Source: a virus
IMG/VR virus record: IMGVR_UViG_3300032770_000018
Coordinates: 1-64,000 of that record
Direction: 5' to 3' (one strand)
Length of the DNA: 64,000 nt
Under the pieces are notes generated by a model that was not told the origin of the DNA, ran no database searches, and saw only the letters and a list, made by a program, of their open reading frames with translations. The position numbers and the translations under genes are program-made. This document shows positions 1 through 8,329 of this stretch, piece after piece. The stretch's first letter is position 1. The number at the start of each line of letters is the position of its first letter.

Positions 1-664
1 CGTTCGCCGCATCCCTTAACGCCGCATTCGCCTGCTCCAACGCCGCTACTTTGATGCGAAGTGCGTCCAGTTCTGGACTGAGAAGCTTTACGTCGTTCAT
101 GGCGAGCGCACCTTGAGCCTGTTTCAGCTCGGCCTGTAGCGCAGACCACTCGGCGGGCGACTTGTAGCCGAGGCCGCAGGCGGAGGCTAACTTGGTTTGC
201 GAGCCACACCTATCTGAAACCTCGTTGAATTTTGATACCACCGAATCTCCGAGGCTTATGTCGAGCCGAGCCGCCAACAGGTCGGCATAAATTACAAGGT
301 CTGCCAACTCCTTGCCAATCTTCTGCCGCAATTCCATCCGGTGAATGTGGTTGTCCTTCACAGAATCAGCCCCGTCCAACCGTCGTAACTTTTTGACTTC
401 GTTGCAGGCTTCTCCGCACTCACCTGCCATTGCCGTGGCCCAATCGGTTGGCGACCAATCTGCTAGCGGGTGAAAAACATCTTCGCAACGTTTCACATTT
501 ACCTCGCGGAGTCGCTCAAAGCTTAATGATGCGCACGCCCTATTCGCCGCTTCGAGCGCGGCGCGAGTTTGCTCCAATTCCTGCCGCTGTTTGTCAATTA
601 CTTCGAGCGCCTTGTCGTATTGGCGGTCGACTTCGGTCTTGGGGCTGATTTTAGGTCTGTTCAT
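1..664 (-). CDS. MazG-like NTP pyrophosphohydrolase with coiled-coil flanks (runs off window start)
   Basis: Manual translation from ATG at 664 (overlapping the stop of the upstream gene): MNRPKISPK...WSPTDWATAMAGECGEACNEVKKLRR...IGKELADLVIYADLLAARLDISLGDSVVSKFNEVS. ExxE...ExxD is the MazG signature. Absent from the ORF track because it is truncated by the window edge. Confidence 0.8.
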   Translation of the reverse strand, partial: MNRPKISPKTEVDRQYDKALEVIDKQRQELEQTRAALEAANRACASLSFERLREVNVKRCEDVFHPLADWSPTDWATAMAGECGEACNEVKKLRRLDGADSVKDNHIHRMELRQKIGKELADLVIYADLLAARLDISLGDSVVSKFNEVSDRCGSQTKLASACGLGYKSPAEWSALQAELKQAQGALAMNDVKLLSPELDALRIKVAALEQANAALRDAAN

Positions 665-855
665 TTTGACGGTGGCGAATAGGACTCCGTGACAATCCGG
701 TCAATGATATAGCCCCGCTCTAACGCCGCGCGGATTCGCTGGTCGTAGAGCACAAAGCTCGTGATAGCAAGCGCCACGAGCGCCAAGGCAATAAGCGTGA
801 TGGCAAGCCACATTGTCAGGAATCGGACGGTGTCTTCGTTCTCGGGAGTTATCAT
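661..855 (-). CDS. small membrane protein
   Basis: One long hydrophobic helix; translationally coupled at both ends. Confidence 0.6.
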   Translation of the reverse strand: MITPENEDTVRFLTMWLAITLIALALVALAITSFVLYDQRIRAALERGYIIDRIVTESYSPPSK

Positions 856-1736
856 GATGTTACTAGTTGCGCGTTAGTGCGGCTGGCGGCCAGCGCCGCC
901 GCTTTTGCCGCCGGTGAGACGTGGGCGTAGCTGCGAATTTGTTCGATGCTCTGGCCGGTCATGGAGGAAATCAGGACTGAATCAATCCCGGCGTTCAAGA
1001 GCCGGGTCACAAAGCCGTGTCTCAGTGAGTGGTAGGAGTGATTGGGCAGGCCGGCCCGTTCGCAAGCGAGGGCGAACCGCGAGGACAGCCGGGCCCGGTT
1101 GTCGCCGAACTGCCAGCACATGCCTGGAAGCACCCGCTCGCACGGCGGATTTAGCGGCACGGCGCTTAGGTGCTCGAACAGTTCCGGCTCTATCGGTATC
1201 TCCAAGCGCTGCCCACTGGCCTGGCGCTTCCGAGGGTTGACGGTAATCAGGCCGGCCGCGAGGTTTACCTGCGGCCAACTCAGGCACGCCACGTCACCCA
1301 TCCGCAGCCCCGTGTGCCAGCCAAGGCGCGTAGCCGTCGGCCAGTAGGGCTCGTATCCACCTTCCTCGCCGCGTTCCAGCTCAGCCAGGACCCGCCGATA
1401 CTCCGGTTCGGTGAACGCGACCTTCTCGGGCTTAGCCGCCTGGAGCCGAGGCAATAGCGCTCGCTGGCAGGGATTGCTTTCCATGAGCTTCCGGGCAACC
1501 GCCCAGGTGAAGAACGCGCGGAGCATGTTGACCCGCCCGTTGATCACCCCGTTGGAATTCTCGGCCATCGCTTCGCCCATGTACTCGGAGATAAGCGCCG
1601 GCGTGAGGTCCATCAACCTCACCCCACGCCGGTCGCACCAGCTTAGGAACGATTCAGCCATCGTCCTATAGGTCGCGCGTGAGGAATCGCGCAGACCGGT
1701 CTGGAAAGCAAGCCACTGGTCGAAGGTCGATCTCAC
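852..1736 (-). CDS. tyrosine recombinase (XerC/D- or integrase-like)
   Basis: N-terminal core-binding domain, then HTGLRMGD, HSLRH, TGQ and YAH motifs. Start is probably GTG at 1736, coupled to the ASCH stop. Confidence 0.9.
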   Translation of the reverse strand: MRSTFDQWLAFQTGLRDSSRATYRTMAESFLSWCDRRGVRLMDLTPALISEYMGEAMAENSNGVINGRVNMLRAFFTWAVARKLMESNPCQRALLPRLQAAKPEKVAFTEPEYRRVLAELERGEEGGYEPYWPTATRLGWHTGLRMGDVACLSWPQVNLAAGLITVNPRKRQASGQRLEIPIEPELFEHLSAVPLNPPCERVLPGMCWQFGDNRARLSSRFALACERAGLPNHSYHSLRHGFVTRLLNAGIDSVLISSMTGQSIEQIRSYAHVSPAAKAAALAASRTNAQLVTS

Positions 1737-2251
1737 GGCAGCAAAACCTTTCCGCAACAGGCACATTCGATGTGCGTCTCGGTCTCTTTGGTTTCGAGGT
1801 GGTGGCAAAGCTGCTGGCGGACGCGCTCTTCAACCTCAGACGGAAGGAAGAACAATCCCTGATGGCCAACCACAGGCACCGCCTCGGCCAGCTCCTGGCA
1901 GTCGTCAGTCATCCAGATCCACCGGCCAGCCGAATAGTCCCCCAGATCGCGTTCAGCCTGTGCCAGCGGTCGAGGGCGGCCGCACTTGACGTTAATTTGG
2001 TTGAATTCCTCGCTGGGCACGCAATCCTGGAGGATAACCACACAGAGGACCTTTCCGTAGGGCACGGTTTTGGCGGCTGCTATAAGGGCCGGGTCGTGCC
2101 CAAGCTCGGCGTCGCTCGGGCGATGCTTCGACGCGCAGATCGCCAGTTCGCCGCGATGGCTCGTTGGCCAAGACCGCGTTTCGTTCTTCTTCAGCTTCTT
2201 GGCCATAGCCGTCGCGTACGGCTGCCAAAGGCTGATTGCTCGGAGGCTCAT
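1733..2251 (-). CDS. ASCH domain protein
   Basis: ISLWQPYA...KKNETRSW...RGELAICAS...GHQGLF signature. Confidence 0.9.
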   Translation of the reverse strand: MSLRAISLWQPYATAMAKKLKKNETRSWPTSHRGELAICASKHRPSDAELGHDPALIAAAKTVPYGKVLCVVILQDCVPSEEFNQINVKCGRPRPLAQAERDLGDYSAGRWIWMTDDCQELAEAVPVVGHQGLFFLPSEVEERVRQQLCHHLETKETETHIECACCGKVLLP

Positions 2252-2285
2252 AACATTTCAATGTTCACTGCGTTAAGGGGATCGT

Positions 2286-2546
2286 TTAGTTCCTGGGTGC
2301 GTTTAGCGCCGTGCCGCGCAGCCGCGCCCATTCCCGGGCCTCCGTTAACAACCTGCTAATTTGTGCCGCACCTTCTACCTCAGCCGCCTCGGTGTCTGGG
2401 CACTCTGAAATCGCGGCAACGGTTTCCAGCGCAACAAGAGCACCAGCCATAAACGCCTGATGGCACTCACGGTTCTGGTCGGCGGGAATGTCTTTCGGGT
2501 AGATGGCATCCCGGTAGGTCTTCCACTGGTCTTGCAGGGTTTTCAT
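2286..2546 (-). CDS. hypothetical phage protein
   Basis: Coupled ORF; QxxECxxAFMAGA pattern. Confidence 0.65.
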   Translation of the reverse strand: MKTLQDQWKTYRDAIYPKDIPADQNRECHQAFMAGALVALETVAAISECPDTEAAEVEGAAQISRLLTEAREWARLRGTALNAPRN

Positions 2547-2779
2547 TTCACAAAGACCGCGATTATCGTGTCAACCATCCCAGGACCAGCACCGTTGCCG
2601 GCGGGAACAAAGACGGTCGAGTACTGCCAGCTTTCCAGCCGATAGCCACGCTCCGAGTTGTGCTCAATGCCAGCCTCGAACAACTGAGAGACCAGGGGAC
2701 GCTCACTTGCGTCGGCTGTGTCTCTCGGCCAGTTGCGGGGGAACTCGGCTACGATTCGGTGTTTCAGTTGTTTTCTCAT
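2543..2779 (-). CDS. hypothetical protein
   Basis: ATGA coupling at both ends. Confidence 0.6.
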   Translation of the reverse strand: MRKQLKHRIVAEFPRNWPRDTADASERPLVSQLFEAGIEHNSERGYRLESWQYSTVFVPAGNGAGPGMVDTIIAVFVK

Positions 2780-3591
2780 GGTTGCCAGTCGTCCTTGTGC
2801 TGATGTCCAGCAACGATTTTGCCGCTCAGCAGCATTTCCCGGCGCTCGAGCGCGCTGGTAAGCACGTCGCCGTAGAAGCTACCGACCGAATCAAGCCAGC
2901 CGACAACCTCGTAACTGTCTTCCTCAAAGCGCTTCCAAATCTCGGTACCGAGGGCCATGTCGTAAGCGGTGGTCAGCGCCGATAGCTGGATGGTATTTCC
3001 TAGGTCCCAAAACCGCTGGCACCAGGTCACGTCATAGACGGCCAGCGCGCCGTTTGGGAACACACAGGACGGACCTTTGACCAGCGCGGGCAGCCATCCG
3101 TAGGTTGCGACCGGGACATTGCGCTTGATGTTCCTGGCCACTAGGCGAGCCCAGCGCCGGGCGGACTCTCCGCCAGCCGCGCAGGGATTGAAGCACGCGA
3201 GCGTTCCGGCGGCGATCAACGGGCGCCCCATGCTGAAAAACTCGTCGAAGATCACTTCGTCGTAGTGCTTTTGGCCGACCCGGCAGTCGCTTTCGAGGAA
3301 GAGCATGTGGGTGTAGCCCTTGGACGCGGCGATCCGCAGGCCGGTGAAGAAAGTCGCGTTGGGGATCGCAAACTTATTGGGCTTGCCGTCGGCGAACTTG
3401 GCGCCCTTGAGGATTTCCGGGCTCTTAATTTTGATCGCGCCCGGCCAATCGTGCTCCGAGTAGATCAGCAGGTCGTAGCGCGAAGGGAACTTTTGGAGGT
3501 TCTCCATGAAGACCCGGGCGCAACCGAAGGAGGGAGGCGGCGCGTACGCGAGCGTTGCTAGTTTGATGCTCATGGGTGGAGTGTGGCTCAT
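2776..3591 (-). CDS. putative GT-A-fold glycosyltransferase-like protein
   Basis: YTHMLFLESDC (DxD-like), NGALAVY, YDMAL, terminal HQHK. Confidence 0.5.
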   Translation of the reverse strand: MSHTPPMSIKLATLAYAPPPSFGCARVFMENLQKFPSRYDLLIYSEHDWPGAIKIKSPEILKGAKFADGKPNKFAIPNATFFTGLRIAASKGYTHMLFLESDCRVGQKHYDEVIFDEFFSMGRPLIAAGTLACFNPCAAGGESARRWARLVARNIKRNVPVATYGWLPALVKGPSCVFPNGALAVYDVTWCQRFWDLGNTIQLSALTTAYDMALGTEIWKRFEEDSYEVVGWLDSVGSFYGDVLTSALERREMLLSGKIVAGHQHKDDWQP

Positions 3592-3770
3592 TTCGGGAGT
3601 GCCCTACTGCCTAAAAAGACAAGGCTCGTAACCAAAATCCCACTAATCACGTAAAAGATCGTGTCGTTTTTGGTGGATGTTGGAGGCCACATGTCCCAAG
3701 TCAACGAAGCACCCACCAGGACGCCAAGAACGAAGCCTGCTGAGAATTTGACCTTTGGTTTGGTGCTCAT
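3588..3770 (-). CDS. small two-TM membrane protein
   Basis: Two hydrophobic segments; coupled. Confidence 0.55.
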   Translation of the reverse strand: MSTKPKVKFSAGFVLGVLVGASLTWDMWPPTSTKNDTIFYVISGILVTSLVFLGSRALPK

Positions 3771-3973
3771 GACGGCCTTTTGCTGCGCTCCTCCGATAGA
3801 ATCTGCTCAAACCGCGCGAGCCACTCGTCCATAAACATTCGCTGGCGCTGGAGGCTCTCCTCAAGCTCGCCAACACTTCGGCGCATTGACTCGGCGGCAT
3901 CCCTCATCGCGCAGCCAGCACCTTGGACGTTCTCGGCATCCAGGACGAATGGCTGTTGGTTGGTGAAGCTCAT
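3767..3973 (-). CDS. hypothetical coiled-coil protein
   Basis: Coupled ORF, helical pattern. Confidence 0.55.
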   Translation of the reverse strand: MSFTNQQPFVLDAENVQGAGCAMRDAAESMRRSVGELEESLQRQRMFMDEWLARFEQILSEERSKRPS

Positions 3974-4000
3974 CGGATTGGAAGCGGAGAGGGAAGGTAA

Positions 4001-4249
4001 TCAGTTCTGATCTGGTCGGATAATCCATGTCTCGGATTCCTTCCACTCCCTGTCGGAGATTGGCTCGCGCCGAAACAGCCGACACCAAAGCCGCACCATG
4101 TCCTGCTCTCGGCCCTCTTTGACAATCGCGGTGGAATAGTTTCTTCCGGTGATTGCATCAGCAAGGGTAGCAATGGCCGAATCGGCAAAGAGGCTTCGCC
4201 CTCTCGGAGCCAGTTTGCCAGCCTCAACAACTACGTCCTTCATGGTCAT
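4001..4249 (-). CDS. hypothetical protein
   Basis: ORF in operon orientation. Confidence 0.5.
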   Translation of the reverse strand: MTMKDVVVEAGKLAPRGRSLFADSAIATLADAITGRNYSTAIVKEGREQDMVRLWCRLFRREPISDREWKESETWIIRPDQN

Positions 4250-4261
4250 AAACTCATTCTT

Positions 4262-4700
4262 TCAGATGGCAAGCTTGAGGGGAGGAGCCGAGCGGAAAGC
4301 ACCCCCAGGATGATTCCTGAGAGTGTTCCGCTCTGCCAGACGGTACGCCGTCGGGTTATCGCGTCGCGTTTTCAAACGGTCTCGCCCAATGGTCTGCCAT
4401 TCCGAGGCTAGGCTATTCTCGCAGCCTACCGTTACACCGCGCGGTTTTGGTCCATCGTGGACTACTGGCCGCGCCACATTAAGCGGAGTCGGTCCTGTTG
4501 GTCGCACTCCGCGCCATTCCTTCACCAGCGGGCCGCCTAACGCGATTCCCGGTGGCTACGCGGTTCAGACTGAGAGGAGAAAAAGACCCCGACCGGCTTT
4601 TACACCGTTCGGGGAAGATACCCAGGGGGCCGACACCATGCTCGACGCATGTTCCGAAGGTGTTCAGCGAACGGTGTGTCGGCTGACCCCAGGTCTCTAA
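4262..4700 (+). ncRNA. candidate large structured non-coding RNA (RNA-1)
   Basis: At least 8 consecutive stems; G.U wobbles favour the + strand; loop AACGCGA (4539-45) complements TCGCGTT (4364-70); no credible ORF. Confidence 0.6.
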
Positions 4701-4897
4701 ATTGAGATTTCGATAACATACGTTAAGCAGGCGGCACTCCGCTCGCTGAACGTTGCCAGCTTCGCACCAGGGTGAGGAATGGTCAACAACAAAATTCGCC
4801 ATGCGATCCGCACGCACCATAGGCCAGCGCAGGCGATTGGCCGCCGCGCGGGTCAAAGTGGCTGGAAGCCAGGTCGAAGGCTTGTAGGGCGTTCTGG

Positions 4898-5038
4898 TCA
4901 CTCGTCGGCCTTGGTTCTGACCGCCGGCCCGGTCATCTCGCGGTATTCGTCGCGCCGGCCAGCCCAGTAGCCCCAGCGCCAGACGAATTCGGCGCTGACG
5001 CCAAGGCCGATTAACCAAAGGATTATCAGGATGGTCAT
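4898..5038 (-). CDS. 46-aa membrane peptide (MTILIILWLIGLGVSAEFVWRWGYWAG...)
   Basis: Manual translation; hydrophobic N-terminus; below ORF-track cutoff. Confidence 0.5.
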   Translation of the reverse strand: MTILIILWLIGLGVSAEFVWRWGYWAGRRDEYREMTGPAVRTKADE

Positions 5039-5161
5039 AGGTCAAAGAATCGAGCCGTTAGCGTTTGAGGTGGGAAACAAGTGGGAGTCCGCTGGAAACG
5101 GCTCGGAAATTGGAAAATTGGGTATCGCGTTCACTGATTCACTTTTCACTGTAAGCAACCT

Positions 5162-5413
5162 CTACTCTTTTGACACGGGTGCGTCAACTACTTTCTGTCG
5201 CAGCGCCACGTTTCGCAGGTTGGTCCACACCTTGCCCCGGCCAGGCGCTTGCAGCTCGACCAGGACGTCCGTCCGCCCGTAGCCTCGCCGCACGTCCACG
5301 ATCTTCACCGGGACCTCGACCGGCCCGTGATTGTTCTCGCCCCGCACTTCGATCCGGTAACTGCCTTGTCGGTTCATAAGTTCCTCTCTCAACTGGTTAA
5401 ACGTCTGTTTCAT
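5162..5413 (-). CDS. hypothetical early protein (MKQTFNQLREEL...)
   Basis: VxIxDVRxxYGRxDxLV pattern; ATG follows an intergenic hairpin. Confidence 0.6.
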   Translation of the reverse strand: MKQTFNQLREELMNRQGSYRIEVRGENNHGPVEVPVKIVDVRRGYGRTDVLVELQAPGRGKVWTNLRNVALRQKVVDAPVSKE

Positions 5414-5427
5414 AATCAATGCAAGGC

Positions 5428-5484
5428 TTAATCGCCTGCGTGCCGGGCTCGCTGGCATCACGAGCCCGAACCGCATCCGACTTA
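5428..5484 (-). promoter_or_regulatory. intergenic long hairpin, RNase III-site-like
   Basis: CGGGCTCG/CGAGCCCG upper stem plus TGCG/CGCA and lower stem separated by internal loops. Confidence 0.5.
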
Positions 5485-5706
5485 GACGGGAATGCCCTTG
5501 CCGTCCAGGCCCATGAACCAGAACTTTCCGCCGTAGGAGGGTGCCCGCTCCGCAGCCAGGCGCTTTCCAGTCCTTTTGGCGTCAGCTTCGCTCGTCGTCT
5601 CAACGCCCTCGAAGGCGTCAACAAGTTCGCCGAACCGGTCTAGTTCGCCGAACCGAATCACGTTGTTCCGGTAGCGGAAGTGCAGACAGAAGTTTTTGCG
5701 CCTCAT
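5482..5706 (-). CDS. hypothetical early protein
   Basis: Coupled ORF in the early operon. Confidence 0.5.
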   Translation of the reverse strand: MRRKNFCLHFRYRNNVIRFGELDRFGELVDAFEGVETTSEADAKRTGKRLAAERAPSYGGKFWFMGLDGKGIPV

Positions 5707-6221
5707 AGCCCGCACGCCTCCTTCATCCGGTCTTCGACTTCGAGATCGAAGCGATCCACCTGCGCGCCGGCATCCTCAGCGCTCGCGCCGCTCAGCGCCA
5801 GGGGCAAGCCTGCAATCGTATGGGCCTGCGCCCAGGCGTAGGAGCCGAATTTCTTGTACCAGACTTTGGCATGGTGGGACCAATGGAAGCCGGCGGCCTT
5901 CAGTTCGCTCAGCTTCTCAGCCGATGGCTTGTCGGGGAATTGGATCTCCACGCCGTTGCGCGCGAGGTTGCGGCGGACAACTACCGTGGCGGGCGGTCTA
6001 TCCGGCGTTGCAAGATCGGCCTTGTACCATTCCTGGAACTCGCTCAGGATGGCCGACTGATCGGCACCCCGGCACTCATCGGAGTATTTGCGCCACAGGG
6101 CGTAAACCTCGGCTGGCGCTTTGCCGCAGCGTGCCGCTATCGCTTCGATCTCCTCAATGAAGCTCTGGCACAGTTGAACTTTATCCGGGCCAAAATCGGC
6201 CCAATGCTTGGTTATTTGCAT
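5703..6221 (-). CDS. early protein with C-terminal NGVEIxFxxKP..LKAAGFxW..VWY domain (polyvalent-protein-associated type)
   Basis: Recognisable motif; ATG at 6221 after an A-rich leader. Confidence 0.65.
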   Translation of the reverse strand: MQITKHWADFGPDKVQLCQSFIEEIEAIAARCGKAPAEVYALWRKYSDECRGADQSAILSEFQEWYKADLATPDRPPATVVVRRNLARNGVEIQFPDKPSAEKLSELKAAGFHWSHHAKVWYKKFGSYAWAQAHTIAGLPLALSGASAEDAGAQVDRFDLEVEDRMKEACGL

Positions 6222-6256
6222 ACTGGCTCTCTTTCTTTGTTGATGGTTGCTCGGGC

Positions 6257-6305
6257 AATCTGCCCCGTGAGCCACCCGGCCAGCGGATGGCTCAAGGGGA
6301 GGATC
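6257..6305 (-). promoter_or_regulatory. intergenic long hairpin, RNase III-site-like
   Basis: GATC-CT-CCCC-TT-GAGCCATCCG-loop-CGGGTGGCTC-A-CGGGG-CA-GATT; wobble pairs fit a minus-strand RNA. Confidence 0.55.
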
Positions 6306-6307
6306 GC

Positions 6308-6436
6308 TTACTTGTTGGCCAGCAGGTGGCACAGGCCGCCGCATTCCGGGCACTCGCATCGGCAAACATCCTCGCGCGCTTCCCAACAGGCAGGCCCGCA
6401 AGTGTGGCCGGAGATCATCGCAAGCACCGCGTTCAT
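6308..6436 (-). CDS. small Cys-rich (Zn-binding) protein
   Basis: HTCGPACWEAREDVCRCECPECGG. Confidence 0.5.
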   Translation of the reverse strand: MNAVLAMISGHTCGPACWEAREDVCRCECPECGGLCHLLANK

Positions 6437-6756
6437 TGCCCCCTCGCTTTCTGAATGGCCGCGCGAGCTTTGTCGGCAGCAGCGCCAGCTGGGCCGGCGC
6501 AGTTCTGGGAGTTGCCGTCCCCGACAAAGCGAGTCATCAAAGCCTCGCACGCTTCGAGCAGCTCGGGCGCCGCAGCGATTAGTCTGGCGTCGGCGTCATC
6601 GGTGATCGTTGTTGCAATCGTTGACTGCTTGCGCTCGTCGGCGTCGGTGTTCCCGACAATCGTCCATACGTTATAAGGGGGCCGCTTGTCCTTAGCTTCA
6701 TGCGCAAGGAGCCGCTGCCACGGCCCGGGAGTGTGTTGTGTCGTCATAAGTTTCAT
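6433..6756 (-). CDS. hypothetical phage protein of the HTPGPW...ARLIAAAPELLEA family
   Basis: Common phage early-protein motif. Confidence 0.8.
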   Translation of the reverse strand: MKLMTTQHTPGPWQRLLAHEAKDKRPPYNVWTIVGNTDADERKQSTIATTITDDADARLIAAAPELLEACEALMTRFVGDGNSQNCAGPAGAAADKARAAIQKARGQ

Positions 6757-6908
6757 TCCTCAATTTCACCATCGTCGTTGGTTTTCCCGAAACCCCAATA
6801 TTCCAGCGCTGCATCCAGCGCGTCCCAGTCGTCGTTGTCCAGCCAAGCTCTGTAGCCGGGTTCGTCTGCGAGGGCCGGCTGAGCGTCGAGAGCATCTTTG
6901 ATCGTCAT
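6753..6908 (-). CDS. 51-aa highly acidic early protein
   Basis: MTIKDALDAQ...DGEIEE; 15 D/E versus 3 K/R; stop overlaps the next ATG. Confidence 0.6.
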   Translation of the reverse strand: MTIKDALDAQPALADEPGYRAWLDNDDWDALDAALEYWGFGKTNDDGEIEE

Positions 6909-6920
6909 AGTGAGAGTGGG

Positions 6921-7160
6921 TTAGATGGATTGGTCCAAGTCGTAAATCCGCTGCTTGAGTGCCGCGGCCGCATTCTCGAATCGAGCCTGCGCACCCAAAC
7001 ACGATTCCCGGCCCGTCTCCCCGTAAGTTCGAGCCGCTGCGAGCGCGTACTGACATAGGGTGTCAGCCCGATGCTGGAGCCGGATGATTTCCGCGCTGAT
7101 TTCCTGACGACGACGGATGGAGGGTCCGTCACCCCGTATGATTTGCTGCACGATGTTCAT
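6921..7160 (-). CDS. hypothetical helical protein
   Basis: ORF in the early operon. Confidence 0.55.
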   Translation of the reverse strand: MNIVQQIIRGDGPSIRRRQEISAEIIRLQHRADTLCQYALAAARTYGETGRESCLGAQARFENAAAALKQRIYDLDQSI

Positions 7161-7476
7161 CGTTGATCCTTTCGTGGGGGTGGGTTAACAGGTGAGATAG
7201 CCGGTGCTGAGGTGATGCTCAATGGTGGATCCATCACCGGGGAGCACCTGCGCACCCCGGTTTTCCCAAAGTACGATTGACCGTTCATCCAGATGGTCAA
7301 TCCTGAGAAATCGTCCATCCGCGAGCCGAATTGCTGGGGCCAGCTTTCCCGATCCATCGATCTTAATGGGGTGGGAGTCATAGGTTGGGACTTGTGTTTT
7401 CATCGTCGATCCTGTCGAAAAATCCCCGCGTGAATCCGGGGAGAGTTGGTCGATGTTTCGATATTCAATTTTCACA

Positions 7477-7600
7477 GTGAGGCAAGCCTAACTCCTTATG
7501 CACATAATGCAACAACTATTTTTGTAATCGGTTTCACCCGCATAAATATTGGGTTTCTCGCACAGTTGACTCGTGCGCTAGACTCTCTGGCATGAAAGTG
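7477..7600. promoter_or_regulatory. divergent promoter region
   Basis: Minus strand TTGCAT-16-TAGGCT just upstream of the early operon; plus strand TAGACT 7 nt before ATG 7592; AT-rich. Confidence 0.6.
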
Positions 7601-7957
7601 TTCGGCCGTGATGCCTACTCGCTCGCTGTGATGCGGGCCATCAACGGCCGGCTTACCAAGATCGAACACAACCAAAGGAAAATTATGGACGCCATCCAAA
7701 GCGCGGCCGCGGCCGAACAGGCGAACACCGACGCGGTCAAAGCCGCGCTCACGAACATCAGCACGGGGATCACCGGGCTGCAAACCACCATCACCAGCCT
7801 CCAGGCCCAGATTGCGGCCCTCCAATCGGGAGGCAGCCTGAGCGCCGATGACCAGACGGCCGTTGACGCCATGCTCGCCGACAGCCAATCCGCGGTGACC
7901 CAGGTCCAGCAGATTGCCGCGGCTCTGACGCCCACGCCAGCGCCGGCCAAGAGCTGA
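7592..7957 (+). CDS. coiled-coil protein (Ala/Gln/Thr-rich heptads)
   Basis: Heptad repeat; leaderless promoter upstream and hairpin downstream. Confidence 0.75.
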   Translation: MKVFGRDAYSLAVMRAINGRLTKIEHNQRKIMDAIQSAAAAEQANTDAVKAALTNISTGITGLQTTITSLQAQIAALQSGGSLSADDQTAVDAMLADSQSAVTQVQQIAAALTPTPAPAKS

Positions 7958-7979
7958 GCCGAGCCCAAAAGCCCCCAAA

Positions 7980-8018
7980 GGCCGGAAATTGCGCAAAATC
8001 GCAGTTTCCGGCCATTTT
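7980..8018 (+). terminator. probable intrinsic terminator
   Basis: GGCCGGAAATTGCG-loop-CGCAGTTTCCGGCC followed by ATTTT. Confidence 0.5.
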
Positions 8019-8095
8019 CGTGAATTTACCCCCTCCAGAATGGCCCAGGACGCGTTTTGATCGCGCCGTCCGCTGTGTTGATGTGGGGGTAAAAT

Positions 8096-8295
8096 GCCGT
8101 TTGGCTTCCGTAATCGTACGGAATTGACGGCCAGCGGAATCGGTGTAGAACCGACAACATGAAGTTGCGTTGCGAGCGCTGGCGTGGAATGGTGGCAGTG
8201 ACTTTCGGCCATCCCACGCCGAATACATCCGCAGGTCGAGTCATTCTCCGCCTGCAATCCCGGCCATGCTCGCAACATGGCCGGAGCTTTTTCTT
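8096..8295 (+). ncRNA. candidate pseudoknotted non-coding RNA (RNA-2a)
   Basis: Six or more hairpins, two loop-mediated complementarities, final GC hairpin with T-tract. Confidence 0.65.
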
Positions 8296-8329
8296 CCGTG
8301 TAATCTCCCAAACAAATGCCGTCCTCCGA

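Noticed and set aside
4560-4700. Group I intron core-like words (GTTCAGACT...AAGATA) in RNA-1
   Set aside because: No convincing P7 partner or P3/P4/P6 arrangement and no interrupted host gene; kept as an unassigned ncRNA
4479-5045. 188-aa minus-strand ORF across RNA-1
   Set aside because: No protein-like pattern; it overlaps a better 46-aa ORF and the structured region
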